From a bacterium (GTDB lineage Bacteria > Ratteibacteria > UBA8468 > B48-G9 > JAFGKM01), in contig JALNXB010000004.1 of NCBI GenBank assembly GCA_023230585.1, positions 10,196 through 74,195 of the forward strand: 64,000 bases of DNA, read 5' to 3'. Positions 19,076 through 29,411 of this stretch are shown here, piece by piece; position 1 is the first letter of the stretch; each line of letters begins with the position of its first letter. The position numbers and the translations under genes are program-made. The notes beneath the pieces are model-generated. The model was given only the letters and a program-made list of their open reading frames with translations. It was not told the DNA's origin and did not search any database.

Positions 19076-21748
19076 CTAATTTCCACCAGTTATAAAATCT
19101 ATATCTTTCTGTATATTCTCTATTTTTTCTTGGATCTGAGTTCTCTTTTCTTCTTCTTTTGATATTACTTCATCGGGTGCTTTTTCCAAAAATTCAGGAT
19201 TAGTAAGTTTATTTTTTATCCTTACAAGTATATCTTCTAGTTTTTCTTTCTCTTTTTGAAGTTTCTTCTCTTCAATTGTAAAATCCACTATACCTGCAAG
19301 AGAAATGCCAAACTTCCCTTGGGTTAGGTTCTTTACAATAAGACTCTTAATATTTGGGGTATCTATGTTAAACGGTTTAATGTTTTCGATGCTTGCAAGC
19401 CTTTTTATGATACCAGTTTCAAGAGTGTCAAACTCTTTTTCAAAAAAACAATCAATATTTTTAGCCAAAGGAATCCTAAAACGTGTCCTAATATCTCTTA
19501 TTGTAGTAATAATTTCTATTAGATTATTAACACTGTTACAAGATTCAACATCGTAAAAATCACTCTTTTTAGGCCAACTACTTACAATAATACTATCTGT
19601 TTCCATATCACAATATTTAGAGGTAAGTTGCCAAATCTTTTCAGTGATAAACGGTATAAAAGGGTGTAGCAACTTCATTAAAGTAATATTCACATAAAAA
19701 AGTATAGGTAGAACGTTTTCCTTAAAATAATTGTTTCCATCATATACCTTAGAAATTTCAAGGTACCAATCACAGAAGTAGTGCCAATAAAAATCATACA
19801 GATAATTTAGAGCTTCGTTGAGGCGAAATAGTTTCATCGATTCATCAACTTTTTTTATAAGCAACTCCAACTCTGAAAGCAGCCATAAGTCAACAAAATT
19901 AAGGTCTTCTTTCTTTATTGTTAAATCTACCTTTTGAATATCTTCTTTTTCTACAGACGACAATATAAACCTTGAAGCGTTCCAAATTTTATTGGTAAAA
20001 TTCCTACCTTTAATATAAAAAGTTGGCGACAAGAATACATCCTGCCCTAAAGCAGTCATTGAAATTAAACTAAACCTTAAACTGTCAGCACCGTATTCTT
20101 CAATCAATTTAACTGGGTCTATAACATTCCCCAGAGATTTACTCATTTTTTTGCCGGTTTTATCTCTAACAGTTCCGTTAATAAATATGTTTTCAAAGGG
20201 TGATTCACCTATAAACTCGTAACCAGCCATAACCATACGGGCTACCCAGAAAAAAAGTATATCTGGCGCTGTCACAAGAGTGTTAGTTGGGTAAAAAGTA
20301 TCAAGTTCTTCTGTTTTAGCCGGCCATCCAAAAACTGAGAAAGGCCATAACCACGAAGAAAACCAGGTGTCAAGAACATCTGTTTCTTGATAAATATCTG
20401 AAGAACCACAGAAAGGGCATTTTTCTGGTTTACCGTTAGACACAAAGGTCCCTTTTTCGTTATTATCATTTGTAAAACAAGAGTTGCAATACCATACAGG
20501 AATCCTATGTCCCCACCATATCTGCCGACTTATACACCAATCCTTTATTTCGTATAGCCATTTCAAATAAACTTTCTTCCATCTATCAGGATAAAACTTT
20601 ATATTATCATTTTCAGCAGCATTAATAGCAGGAATAGCTAAAGTTTTCATTGAAACAAACCACTGTTTAGAAAGATATGGCTCTATTACAGTATCGCACC
20701 TATAACAACACCCTACCCTATTAGAATATGGTTCAATTTTTTCAAGCAATCCTTCTGCTTCCAGTTTTTCAATAATCTTTTCTCTACATAAAAACCTATT
20801 TAGCCCCTCAAACTCTCCTGCATTTTCATTCATAACCCCATACTTATCTATTACAGTCACAGAATCAAGGTTATGCCTAACTCCAATATCAAAATCGTTA
20901 GGGTCATGGTTGGGTGTAACCTTTACAGCACCAGTTCCAAACTCTATGTCAACGAAATTGTCTCCAATGATTTTTATTATACGGTTCATTAAAGGAAGTT
21001 TAATATCTTTGCCTATTAAGTGTTTAAACCTATCATCTTTTGGGTTAACAGCAACAGCAGTATCGCCAAGCATTGTTTCTGGCCTTGTTGTTGCAACAAC
21101 TAAATAACCGCCTGAGACAATTGGATATTTTATATAATATAGGTGACCCTCTTCATCCTTATAGTCAACCTCTTCATCAGATAAAGCAGTTGTGCAACGA
21201 GGGCACCAATTGATAATTCTTTCACCTCTGTATATCAAACCTTTATTATAAAGATGGATGAAGGCTTCAATTACAGCCTTAGAAAGAGATTGGTCCATTG
21301 TGAACCTTAGTTTATCCCAATCACAAGAGGCTCCAAGAGCCTTAAGTTGAAAAATTATTCGTGAACCATATTTTTCTTTCCATTTCCATACTTCTTCAAT
21401 AAATTTTTCTCTCCCTATCTCATATCTTTTAATTCCTTTATCGGCAAGCATCTTTTCAACAACATTCTGAGTTGCAATACCTGCATGGTCTGTACCGGGA
21501 ACCCATAACGCATCATATTTTTCCATCCTTTTTTGCCTAATAATAGCATCTTGTATAGTATTATTTAAGGCGTGCCCCATATGTAAAAAACCAGTTACAT
21601 TGGGTGGTGGTATAACAATAACGTAAGGGTCAAGAGATTCTTTATCTTTATTTTTATTTACCTTAAAATACCCATTTTTTTCCCAGAACTCGTAAAGTTC
21701 TGTTTCTATCCCCTTTGGGTCATATTGTGAAGCAAGGTTTTCTTTCAT
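19076..21748 (-). CDS. valS: Valine--tRNA ligase
   Basis: PPPNVTGFLHMGHA (HIGH) and KMSKSLGN (KMSKS), with a C-terminal coiled coil. 890 aa. Confidence 0.96.
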   Translation of the reverse strand: MKENLASQYDPKGIETELYEFWEKNGYFKVNKNKDKESLDPYVIVIPPPNVTGFLHMGHALNNTIQDAIIRQKRMEKYDALWVPGTDHAGIATQNVVEKMLADKGIKRYEIGREKFIEEVWKWKEKYGSRIIFQLKALGASCDWDKLRFTMDQSLSKAVIEAFIHLYNKGLIYRGERIINWCPRCTTALSDEEVDYKDEEGHLYYIKYPIVSGGYLVVATTRPETMLGDTAVAVNPKDDRFKHLIGKDIKLPLMNRIIKIIGDNFVDIEFGTGAVKVTPNHDPNDFDIGVRHNLDSVTVIDKYGVMNENAGEFEGLNRFLCREKIIEKLEAEGLLEKIEPYSNRVGCCYRCDTVIEPYLSKQWFVSMKTLAIPAINAAENDNIKFYPDRWKKVYLKWLYEIKDWCISRQIWWGHRIPVWYCNSCFTNDNNEKGTFVSNGKPEKCPFCGSSDIYQETDVLDTWFSSWLWPFSVFGWPAKTEELDTFYPTNTLVTAPDILFFWVARMVMAGYEFIGESPFENIFINGTVRDKTGKKMSKSLGNVIDPVKLIEEYGADSLRFSLISMTALGQDVFLSPTFYIKGRNFTNKIWNASRFILSSVEKEDIQKVDLTIKKEDLNFVDLWLLSELELLIKKVDESMKLFRLNEALNYLYDFYWHYFCDWYLEISKVYDGNNYFKENVLPILFYVNITLMKLLHPFIPFITEKIWQLTSKYCDMETDSIIVSSWPKKSDFYDVESCNSVNNLIEIITTIRDIRTRFRIPLAKNIDCFFEKEFDTLETGIIKRLASIENIKPFNIDTPNIKSLIVKNLTQGKFGISLAGIVDFTIEEKKLQKEKEKLEDILVRIKNKLTNPEFLEKAPDEVISKEEEKRTQIQEKIENIQKDIDFITGGN

Positions 21749-22045
21749 TTAATATTCCTTAAGAGTGTCTATATTATTTCTTTCTTTTATAACCATAAAA
21801 TTATAACTATCGTTAAGTATTTCGCTTATTCTTAACAAAGTTAATTCAATTTCTGATTTACGGCTGTTGATTGTACATAACCCAATAGTGCTTCTTTGCC
21901 ACTTGTCTTGATATTCAAGTTCAGCAATCGCTATATTAAATTTTGCTTTTAATTTATCTTGAATAGAGCGTATAACTTTTCTCTTATCTTTAAGTCCGTT
22001 ACATCCAGGAATTATGAGTTCAACAGTCAATGTCCCAACAAACAT
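21749..22045 (-). CDS. DUF503 (YlxP-like) protein
   Basis: 98 aa. VGTLTVELIIPGCNGLKDKRKVIRSIQDKLKAKFN is the typical DUF503 N-terminus. It abuts the valS start. Confidence 0.72.
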   Translation of the reverse strand: MFVGTLTVELIIPGCNGLKDKRKVIRSIQDKLKAKFNIAIAELEYQDKWQRSTIGLCTINSRKSEIELTLLRISEILNDSYNFMVIKERNNIDTLKEY

Positions 22046-22083
22046 AATTATCTTTTATATATTATTAAAAGTTAACAACAAAC

Positions 22084-22395
22084 TTATTTTTCAGGGGTGT
22101 TTTCTCTTTTTATATGAGCGATAGCATTTCTAACAAAATCTACTTTAACACCTTCTTTCAATTCAACAGTTACAATATTATCTTTTATTTTTGCGACAGT
22201 GCCTAAGATACCGCCGACAGTTGTTATTTTATCTCCTTCTTTAATTTCGCTGAGCATTTTATTATGTTGTTTCTGTTTCTTTTGCTGAGGAAGAATTAGT
22301 AGAAAATAAAAAACAAAAAAGATTAAAATAAGCGGTAAAATACCTAAAAGTGGATTCTGTGCCCCACCCGCTACCTGTGCTTGTCCTAAAAACAT
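22084..22395 (-). CDS. yajC: Preprotein translocase subunit YajC
   Basis: Single TM followed by LPQQKKQKQHNKMLSEIKEGDKITTVGGILGTV. 103 aa. Downstream of tgt, as in many bacteria. Confidence 0.85.
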   Translation of the reverse strand: MFLGQAQVAGGAQNPLLGILPLILIFFVFYFLLILPQQKKQKQHNKMLSEIKEGDKITTVGGILGTVAKIKDNIVTVELKEGVKVDFVRNAIAHIKRENTPEK

Positions 22396-22458
22396 ATCAG
22401 CCTCCTATTGTTTTATGCGTTATTTATTAAGAAAATTTTTAATACCTTTCTCATAGAA

Positions 22459-23571
<1,113 letters not shown>

Positions 23572-23606
23572 TTATACCCTTTCTTTTTTCATCCTACTAT
23601 TGTTTA

Positions 23607-23970
23607 CCCCCCAATTCCTTTTCCGCCTTCGGCGAGATTGCCACGCTAAGAAGCCCCTCCTACGCCAAGGCTTCGGCGGGTAAAGCTCGCAAAATAAACT
23701 ACAAAAGACGGAATAGGGGGTAGTAAAAACGAGATTCCGGATCAAGTCCGGAATGACATATAGGGGGGAGTCTAATTTTTTATCATTACGTCTTTCGTTT
23801 TTGTTTAAGTTGCTAACTGCACCTCCACCTACGCCAAGGTATACCTGCCGAAGCTTGTATTTTAGCGTAGGTTGGCTTCGGTGGATAAATCTCATCCCAT
23901 TAACCTCTCTGCAAACTCTTAGGGACTTACTACCCCAAACATCCCCAAGGGGAGAGGGCAAAAAGGGGAA
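23607..23970 (+). repeat. Largest composite intergenic repeat (modules F, B, G, D, E)
   Basis: F: CCCCCCAATTCC...GAGATTGCCACG...GGAATAGGGGG. B: GTAAAAACGAGATTCCGGATCAAGTCCGGAATGACAT. G: GAGTCTAATTTTTTATCATTACGTCTTTCGTTTTT. D: CCTACGCCAAGGTATACCTGCCGAAGCTTGTATTTTAGCGTAGG. E follows. It fills the tgt-queA gap and generates two phantom ORFs. Confidence 0.9.
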
Positions 23971-24028
23971 GGTATATGCACCATAGTACCAAAGAGAGTA
24001 GATAACACCCCTTACTTTTTTACCCTTA

Positions 24029-25051
24029 CTAAAGTATTAACATTGAATCCCCATAAGAGTAAAACCTATATTTTTTTTCAACCGCAAGAAGGTACGCTTT
24101 TTCAGTTAAACTTAACCCAGCAAACCCACTTACAAGATATAAATGTGTTGAAGAAGGAAGATGAAAATTTGTAAGCATACTATCAACTACCTTAAATTGA
24201 AAATTTGGTTTAATAAATAAATCAGTATAACCTGAAAACGGGGCTAACCTTCCATTAATAACCGAACTCTCAAGAGCCCTTACAACACTTGTTCCAACAG
24301 CAAAAACTTTTTTATCACTCTCTTTTGCCGAGTTAATTACTGAAACTGCCTCTTGATTTAGTTCGTAATACTCTTCTCCAACAACATTCTTATCTTCTTT
24401 TAAAAGTTTAAAAGAAGCCCATCCAATATGTAGAGTAACGTAAACAATCTTAACTCCCTTCTTTTCGATATTTTGTAAAACCTCTGGTGTAAAATGGAGT
24501 CCAGCAGTATGGGCAGCAACAGAACCGTCTTTCTCACCATAAATTGTCTGGTAATCTTCTACGTCACTCTTTTCAACTTTCCTTTTTATGTATGGAGGCA
24601 AAGGCACTTCACCAAAACAAAAAATTTCATTCCCATCATCATTATTACTTAAATTAAAGTCAGCAATATAACTTCCATTAGTATTTTTCTCTTTTATTGC
24701 AACTACAACAAAACCTTCTTGTCCTTCTTTTTCTATTTTACAGGTATGCCCTACCTTTATATTTCCTCTTAATAAAACCTCCCATCTGTACGAGGAAATC
24801 TTGTTCAAAAGGAAGACCTCAACTTTCCCACCTGTATCTTTTTTCCCTTTAAGGCGAGCAGGCACAACCTTGCTGTTATTAAGAACAAGAACATCCCCTT
24901 CCTCAAAATAGTAGGGCGCTTTTAAAAAAAACTTCTCATCTATATTGCCTGTCTTACGGTTCAAAACCATTAAACGTGAAGAATCTCTTTTTTTTAAAGG
25001 GTATTGTGCAATAAGGTTTTCAGGTAAGTGATACTCAAATATTTTACTCAT
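24029..25051 (-). CDS. queA: S-adenosylmethionine:tRNA ribosyltransferase-isomerase
   Basis: YHLPENLIAQYPLKKRDSSRLMVL, LPPYI, TNFHLPSST. 340 aa. Confidence 0.93.
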   Translation of the reverse strand: MSKIFEYHLPENLIAQYPLKKRDSSRLMVLNRKTGNIDEKFFLKAPYYFEEGDVLVLNNSKVVPARLKGKKDTGGKVEVFLLNKISSYRWEVLLRGNIKVGHTCKIEKEGQEGFVVVAIKEKNTNGSYIADFNLSNNDDGNEIFCFGEVPLPPYIKRKVEKSDVEDYQTIYGEKDGSVAAHTAGLHFTPEVLQNIEKKGVKIVYVTLHIGWASFKLLKEDKNVVGEEYYELNQEAVSVINSAKESDKKVFAVGTSVVRALESSVINGRLAPFSGYTDLFIKPNFQFKVVDSMLTNFHLPSSTHLYLVSGFAGLSLTEKAYLLAVEKKYRFYSYGDSMLIL

Positions 25052-26754
25052 ATTTTTTTAAATAAATATATTGTTGGGTGGGTATAAATCATATCGTGTA
25101 CTGTTATATCAGAATCAAACTTGAAAGGACCTATTTTGGGAGGGTTCTTAAAAATCTTTACAACTTTATAGCCGTAACCTTCAATCTCAGATAAAAGAGC
25201 ATTCTCATTACTCTTTCTGGAACCAAGCCTAAGAAAATACTGGAGTTCTCCAATAATAAGGTGACTTCCTTCTTTTAAATTAGCAATATTTTCCTTATCC
25301 GAAACAACCACATTGTAGATTTTCGTATTAACAGGTGGAACTTCAAATATCCACGGATCTTTTGTAAACGCTATTGTTGAGCCAGCAGGTATATTTGATT
25401 CAATAAATTCCGCCGAAACAATTCTAACATCTTTGGTACACATAAATAAAGAATAAGAAAATGACTTCAATAACGGTATTAACAATATAAAAGATATAAT
25501 AACTGTACAACATATTTTCCAGAAACGAGACTTTACAGCATCAGTTATGAAGGTTATAAACAGAGCACCTCCAACAGCAAGAAAAGGAAGCATAAGGAGA
25601 TAGTATCTTGTATATTTTAGTCCACCTGTTAAGAAAAGCGGCAACATAGTAAAAAAAACTCCTGCCAAAAACAATTTCTCTCTTCCTTTTTTAAAAATTA
25701 GATATATTATTCCGATGTACATAACAAGATAGAATAAAGAAAATCCTGACTTCATTGCTATATGAGTATTAAAAAAAACAGCTGAAATATGGTTATATAA
25801 ATTTGGACCAAAAGCACAAAATTCTCGTGTTTCAACTTGATAAAATAGACCTCTTCTAAATTCTGAGAAAGCAAGTACAGAATACGGATTGGTAATAATA
25901 AAGCCAACCACAACAAATATTAATGTTTTTAAAGCCTCAAGCGACAACAGTTTTTTAAACGATTCTTTTTTGTTCCAATATACAAGAGGAAGAAGAGCCA
26001 ACAAAACCAGCGCTGGATATTTGGTTCCAGCTGCAATTCCCGTAGTTAACCCCGCAAGATAAAAAAACTTTATCTTACCTCTTTGGAGAAAAAGTGTAAT
26101 AAAATATATTGTAACAGATATCCAGAAAACCATAGGAACATCAACGGTGATATAACGGCTGTTCAACACATAAATAGGGGAAACCGCCATAATAAAAGCA
26201 GAATAAAATGCCGCCTTCTTGCCAAAAAGGTTCTCAATGGCTTTGTAAAGAAAGAATACTCCAAGTATAGATAGTAAAACCACACCTCCCCTACTTACCA
26301 AATAAAATCGTCCCATCTGGTCTGGATGTAGAAAATAGAAGGATAAGTCAGAAGTCAAATGTATAAACCCTAAAATATAACCCAGCCCAAGTAGAAAAGC
26401 CACAAAATATATAAAGAATGTTCCATATTCAAAATAATGAGGATTGAAATCAAACTTTTTAGGGCTCATATTGCTTATGCTTTTTATTATATTGTGTTCA
26501 TCAGGGTGAAAAGAGCGTATTATATTAAAAAGAGAGCGAGGAAGCTTCTCTTGAGGCGGAGATATTCCTTTGGATATTTCCCAACTATTTTTAATATATT
26601 CTTCTGATATACCAACTGTCATTTGTTCTGTTTCTTCTTTGTTGGTATAATAAAATCGCCTATAATCATCTCTGGGTATACCCCAATTAAAACCCAAAAG
26701 ATTTAGGAGTGCAGACAAAATAAGAACAACTATTAAGCCTGTTTTTCCTTTCAT
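25048..26754 (-). CDS. GT-C fold polyprenyl-phosphate-sugar-dependent glycosyltransferase (ArnT/PMT, GT39/83-like)
   Basis: 568 aa, more than 10 predicted TM helices, N-terminal loop with acidic residues, AVSPIYVLNSRYITVDVP, soluble C-terminal domain. 4-nt overlap with queA. Confidence 0.72.
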   Translation of the reverse strand: MKGKTGLIVVLILSALLNLLGFNWGIPRDDYRRFYYTNKEETEQMTVGISEEYIKNSWEISKGISPPQEKLPRSLFNIIRSFHPDEHNIIKSISNMSPKKFDFNPHYFEYGTFFIYFVAFLLGLGYILGFIHLTSDLSFYFLHPDQMGRFYLVSRGGVVLLSILGVFFLYKAIENLFGKKAAFYSAFIMAVSPIYVLNSRYITVDVPMVFWISVTIYFITLFLQRGKIKFFYLAGLTTGIAAGTKYPALVLLALLPLVYWNKKESFKKLLSLEALKTLIFVVVGFIITNPYSVLAFSEFRRGLFYQVETREFCAFGPNLYNHISAVFFNTHIAMKSGFSLFYLVMYIGIIYLIFKKGREKLFLAGVFFTMLPLFLTGGLKYTRYYLLMLPFLAVGGALFITFITDAVKSRFWKICCTVIISFILLIPLLKSFSYSLFMCTKDVRIVSAEFIESNIPAGSTIAFTKDPWIFEVPPVNTKIYNVVVSDKENIANLKEGSHLIIGELQYFLRLGSRKSNENALLSEIEGYGYKVVKIFKNPPKIGPFKFDSDITVHDMIYTHPTIYLFKKI

Positions 26755-26885
26755 ATTAAATTCTCCTTTTTATATAAAGAGATTATTATATTAGTTTGAA
26801 GATATAAGGTAGTTATCTCTTTGGCAAAAGATAAGTGTTTACTACAACACAATCAGAAAACAATCTATTAGGTTTGAGAGCATAA

Positions 26886-27623
26886 CTATTCTTTACTATT
26901 CTTTGTTTTTCTCTCCATATTCAAACGCTTACGCATCTTGAAAACAGTTTTGAGAGTTTCTGGTATATGGCTGAGCCGAACCGTTGTTTTGCCTCGCTTT
27001 CGAGGAAAGTGGCAAACGCCTCTTTCTCCAATGCGAAAACCCGCCTTCCCCGCTTTAGCAATAATTTCTGTATCTACAAAGAAGTCATTACATTCTATTG
27101 TGATACTCTCCAATACATATCTGTGAAATAGTTTGAAAGCACAATCCACGTCTCTTACCTTTATTTGAAATAAGAAAAAAACTAGCCAGTTGTAACCCCA
27201 TGATAAAAAGATTCGTACAGGAGAATCTTTGCGCTTAACCCTGTACCCAACTGCAAGGTCATATCTTTTCATCATTGGAAGAAAATCTTTAAGTTCAAAC
27301 ATATCAAATTGATTATCAGCATCTGTATAAAAAATGTACTCATATCTTACCACTGAGAACCCTGTTTTAAGTGCAGCTCCATACCCTTGGTTTGTATTAT
27401 GCCGCAAAACTCTAACACAGTCAGGGTTGCGTTGCACTAAGTCTTCAGCAACCTCGTAGGTACCATCAACACTCCCATCATCTACCAGAATAACTTCATA
27501 TTTGTTTGCTATAGCAGAAAGAACTTCAATAGAATTTGAGATAACTTCTTCAATGTTTTCTTTCTCATTGTATGCCGGAATTACAATTGAAATATTCATA
27601 TTATTTTTCATTTGTTTTATCAA
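26886..27623 (-). CDS. GT2 polyprenyl-phosphate glycosyltransferase (Dpm1/ArnC-like)
   Basis: ISIVIPAYNEKENI, VDDGSVDGT, DADNQ (DxD). 245 aa. Confidence 0.83.
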   Translation of the reverse strand: MIKQMKNNMNISIVIPAYNEKENIEEVISNSIEVLSAIANKYEVILVDDGSVDGTYEVAEDLVQRNPDCVRVLRHNTNQGYGAALKTGFSVVRYEYIFYTDADNQFDMFELKDFLPMMKRYDLAVGYRVKRKDSPVRIFLSWGYNWLVFFLFQIKVRDVDCAFKLFHRYVLESITIECNDFFVDTEIIAKAGKAGFRIGERGVCHFPRKRGKTTVRLSHIPETLKTVFKMRKRLNMERKTKNSKE

Positions 27624-27635
27624 ATAGAAAAAACT

Positions 27636-28349
27636 TCAAGTAGATATTTTCCTTATCTTAAAAAGAGAGATAAACATTTTTATTGGGTCGGTAAAAATAT
27701 TTACTTTTGATACATCTGAGTTTATCCATTTAACAGGTACCTCTTTTACCTTTAAATTATTTTTTACCGCTCTATAAAGTATTTCGACATCAAAAGCAAA
27801 ACTTTCGGTCTGCAGATTTGAGAATAAAAAAAGCCCAGCTTCTTTAGTAAACAGTTTGAAACCACATTGGGTATCCCTAAAATCTTTCAAAACTATCAAT
27901 CTTACTAATAAAGGAAAAATCTTACCAGCCAATCGTCTATGAAAAGGTTGAGGGATAACAATGTTAGAATCCTTTAAACCTCTTGAAGCAATAGATATAT
28001 CATAACCATCAGAAATTGCTTTATTAAGTTTTTTTAACTCTTCAATAGGTGTTGATAAATCAGCATCAGAAAAAAGAATAAGTTCTCCTTTAGAAGCCAT
28101 CACTCCTGTTTTAATAGCTGCACCTTTGCCAGAATTAACCTTATGTTTTAAGAGTAACATCTTAGAGTATTTTTTTATAAACTTCTCAAGTATTTCAACA
28201 GTATCATCTTTACTACCGTCATCAACAATAATTATTTCAAAACTATCGTACTCTTTTTCCATATACCTATCTATCTTTTCTAAGGTAGGTAAAATACGTT
28301 CTGATTCATTATATGCTGGTATTATAATCGAGATATCCATTTTTTCCAT
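27636..28349 (-). CDS. GT2 polyprenyl-phosphate glycosyltransferase (dolichyl-P-glucose synthase-like)
   Basis: ISIIIPAYNESERI, VDDGSKDDT, SDADLSTP. 237 aa. Confidence 0.83.
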   Translation of the reverse strand: MEKMDISIIIPAYNESERILPTLEKIDRYMEKEYDSFEIIIVDDGSKDDTVEILEKFIKKYSKMLLLKHKVNSGKGAAIKTGVMASKGELILFSDADLSTPIEELKKLNKAISDGYDISIASRGLKDSNIVIPQPFHRRLAGKIFPLLVRLIVLKDFRDTQCGFKLFTKEAGLFLFSNLQTESFAFDVEILYRAVKNNLKVKEVPVKWINSDVSKVNIFTDPIKMFISLFKIRKIST

Positions 28350-29026
28350 ATTGTATAAAAATATAGTTGAGCGTAAGGAAGTGTTTTAGAGAGTTTAAAT
28401 TTTGATTTACCTTTTTTTCTACCAGTCCAAACAGTAGGTACATCACAAATTTTGTACCCTGAAAGAAAAAAATTCACACATGCTTCCATAGAAATCGCAA
28501 ACCCTTTCTGTTTAAGCGGAAATGAGAGGAGTAGATCTCTTCTATACATTTTATAAGCGTTACCTACATCTTTGGTAGGTATACCAGTAAAAATATTTAG
28601 AGATAACCCTACAATCCTTGAAAAAAAACCTTGGACAAGAGGACCACCTATTTTTTTTCCACCCCTGATATAACGTGAGCCACATATTAAATCAAACCCT
28701 TTATCTGTTTTTTCAAGCATTTTAGGTAAAGTTAAAGGGTCATCACAACTATCAGCCATAAATGGTACTACAAATTTACCAGTAGCACTTTCAAAACCAG
28801 ATTTTAGAGCATTGGCAAAACCAGATTCTCTATGGTTATCTATCTTTTTTACAAAAGAATGTTTTTTACCAATATCTTCAACAATTTTAGATGTCTTATC
28901 TATAGAGTGGTCATTGACAACAAGTATTTCAGTTTCAAGGTTTTTAACTATGGGTATCAACCCGTTTATTGTCTCTTCAATAACATCTTCTTCGTCTCTT
29001 GCTGGTATGATAACTGTTAGTTTCAT
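28322..29026 (-). CDS. GT2 polyprenyl-phosphate glycosyltransferase (Dpm1-like)
   Basis: LTVIIPARDEEDVI, VNDHSIDKT, MADSCDDP. 234 aa. Overlaps the downstream GT2 gene by 28 nt. Confidence 0.8.
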   Translation of the reverse strand: MKLTVIIPARDEEDVIEETINGLIPIVKNLETEILVVNDHSIDKTSKIVEDIGKKHSFVKKIDNHRESGFANALKSGFESATGKFVVPFMADSCDDPLTLPKMLEKTDKGFDLICGSRYIRGGKKIGGPLVQGFFSRIVGLSLNIFTGIPTKDVGNAYKMYRRDLLLSFPLKQKGFAISMEACVNFFLSGYKICDVPTVWTGRKKGKSKFKLSKTLPYAQLYFYTIWKKWISRL

Positions 29027-29077
29027 TCAAAATTCTCCAATTTATTACCGTTTTTTTCTCTCAATCCACTATAGTTT

Positions 29078-29398
29078 GTCATCTTGAACCTGTTTCAGGT
29101 TCTCTAACCTTACCCACGCTGGTAGTAGGCACAACGTAAAAACGAGATTCCAGATCAAGTCCGGAATGACATACAAGAGAGAGTCTACTTTTTTATCACT
29201 ACGCCTTTCGTTTTTCCTCGCCTGCTAACAGCCTCCCCTCACCCTTGATCCCTCTCCCCCAAGAGGAGAGGCGAGTGAGGCGGAGATTGCCACGTTAATA
29301 AGCCCCTCCTACGCCAAGGTATACCTGCCAAAGCTTCTATTTTAGCGTAGGTTGGCTTCGACGAAAACTCGCAAGATAAACTACAAAAGACGGAATGA
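29078..29398 (+). repeat. Composite intergenic repeat (modules A, B, G, C, F with D insertion)
   Basis: All modules are present in one array. The A-linker-B part is about 86% identical by hand count to 42319-42414. It splits the glycan operon between a GT2 gene and the SDR gene. Confidence 0.9.
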
Positions 29399-29411
29399 GA
29401 AAAACAATCCC

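Noticed and set aside
23572-23986. Track ORFs 23572..23961 (minus, 129 aa) and 23753..23986 (plus, 77 aa)
   Set aside because: Both are read entirely through the composite repeat. Their sequence recurs as non-coding DNA at several other loci, and the peptides are low-complexity with no family resemblance.
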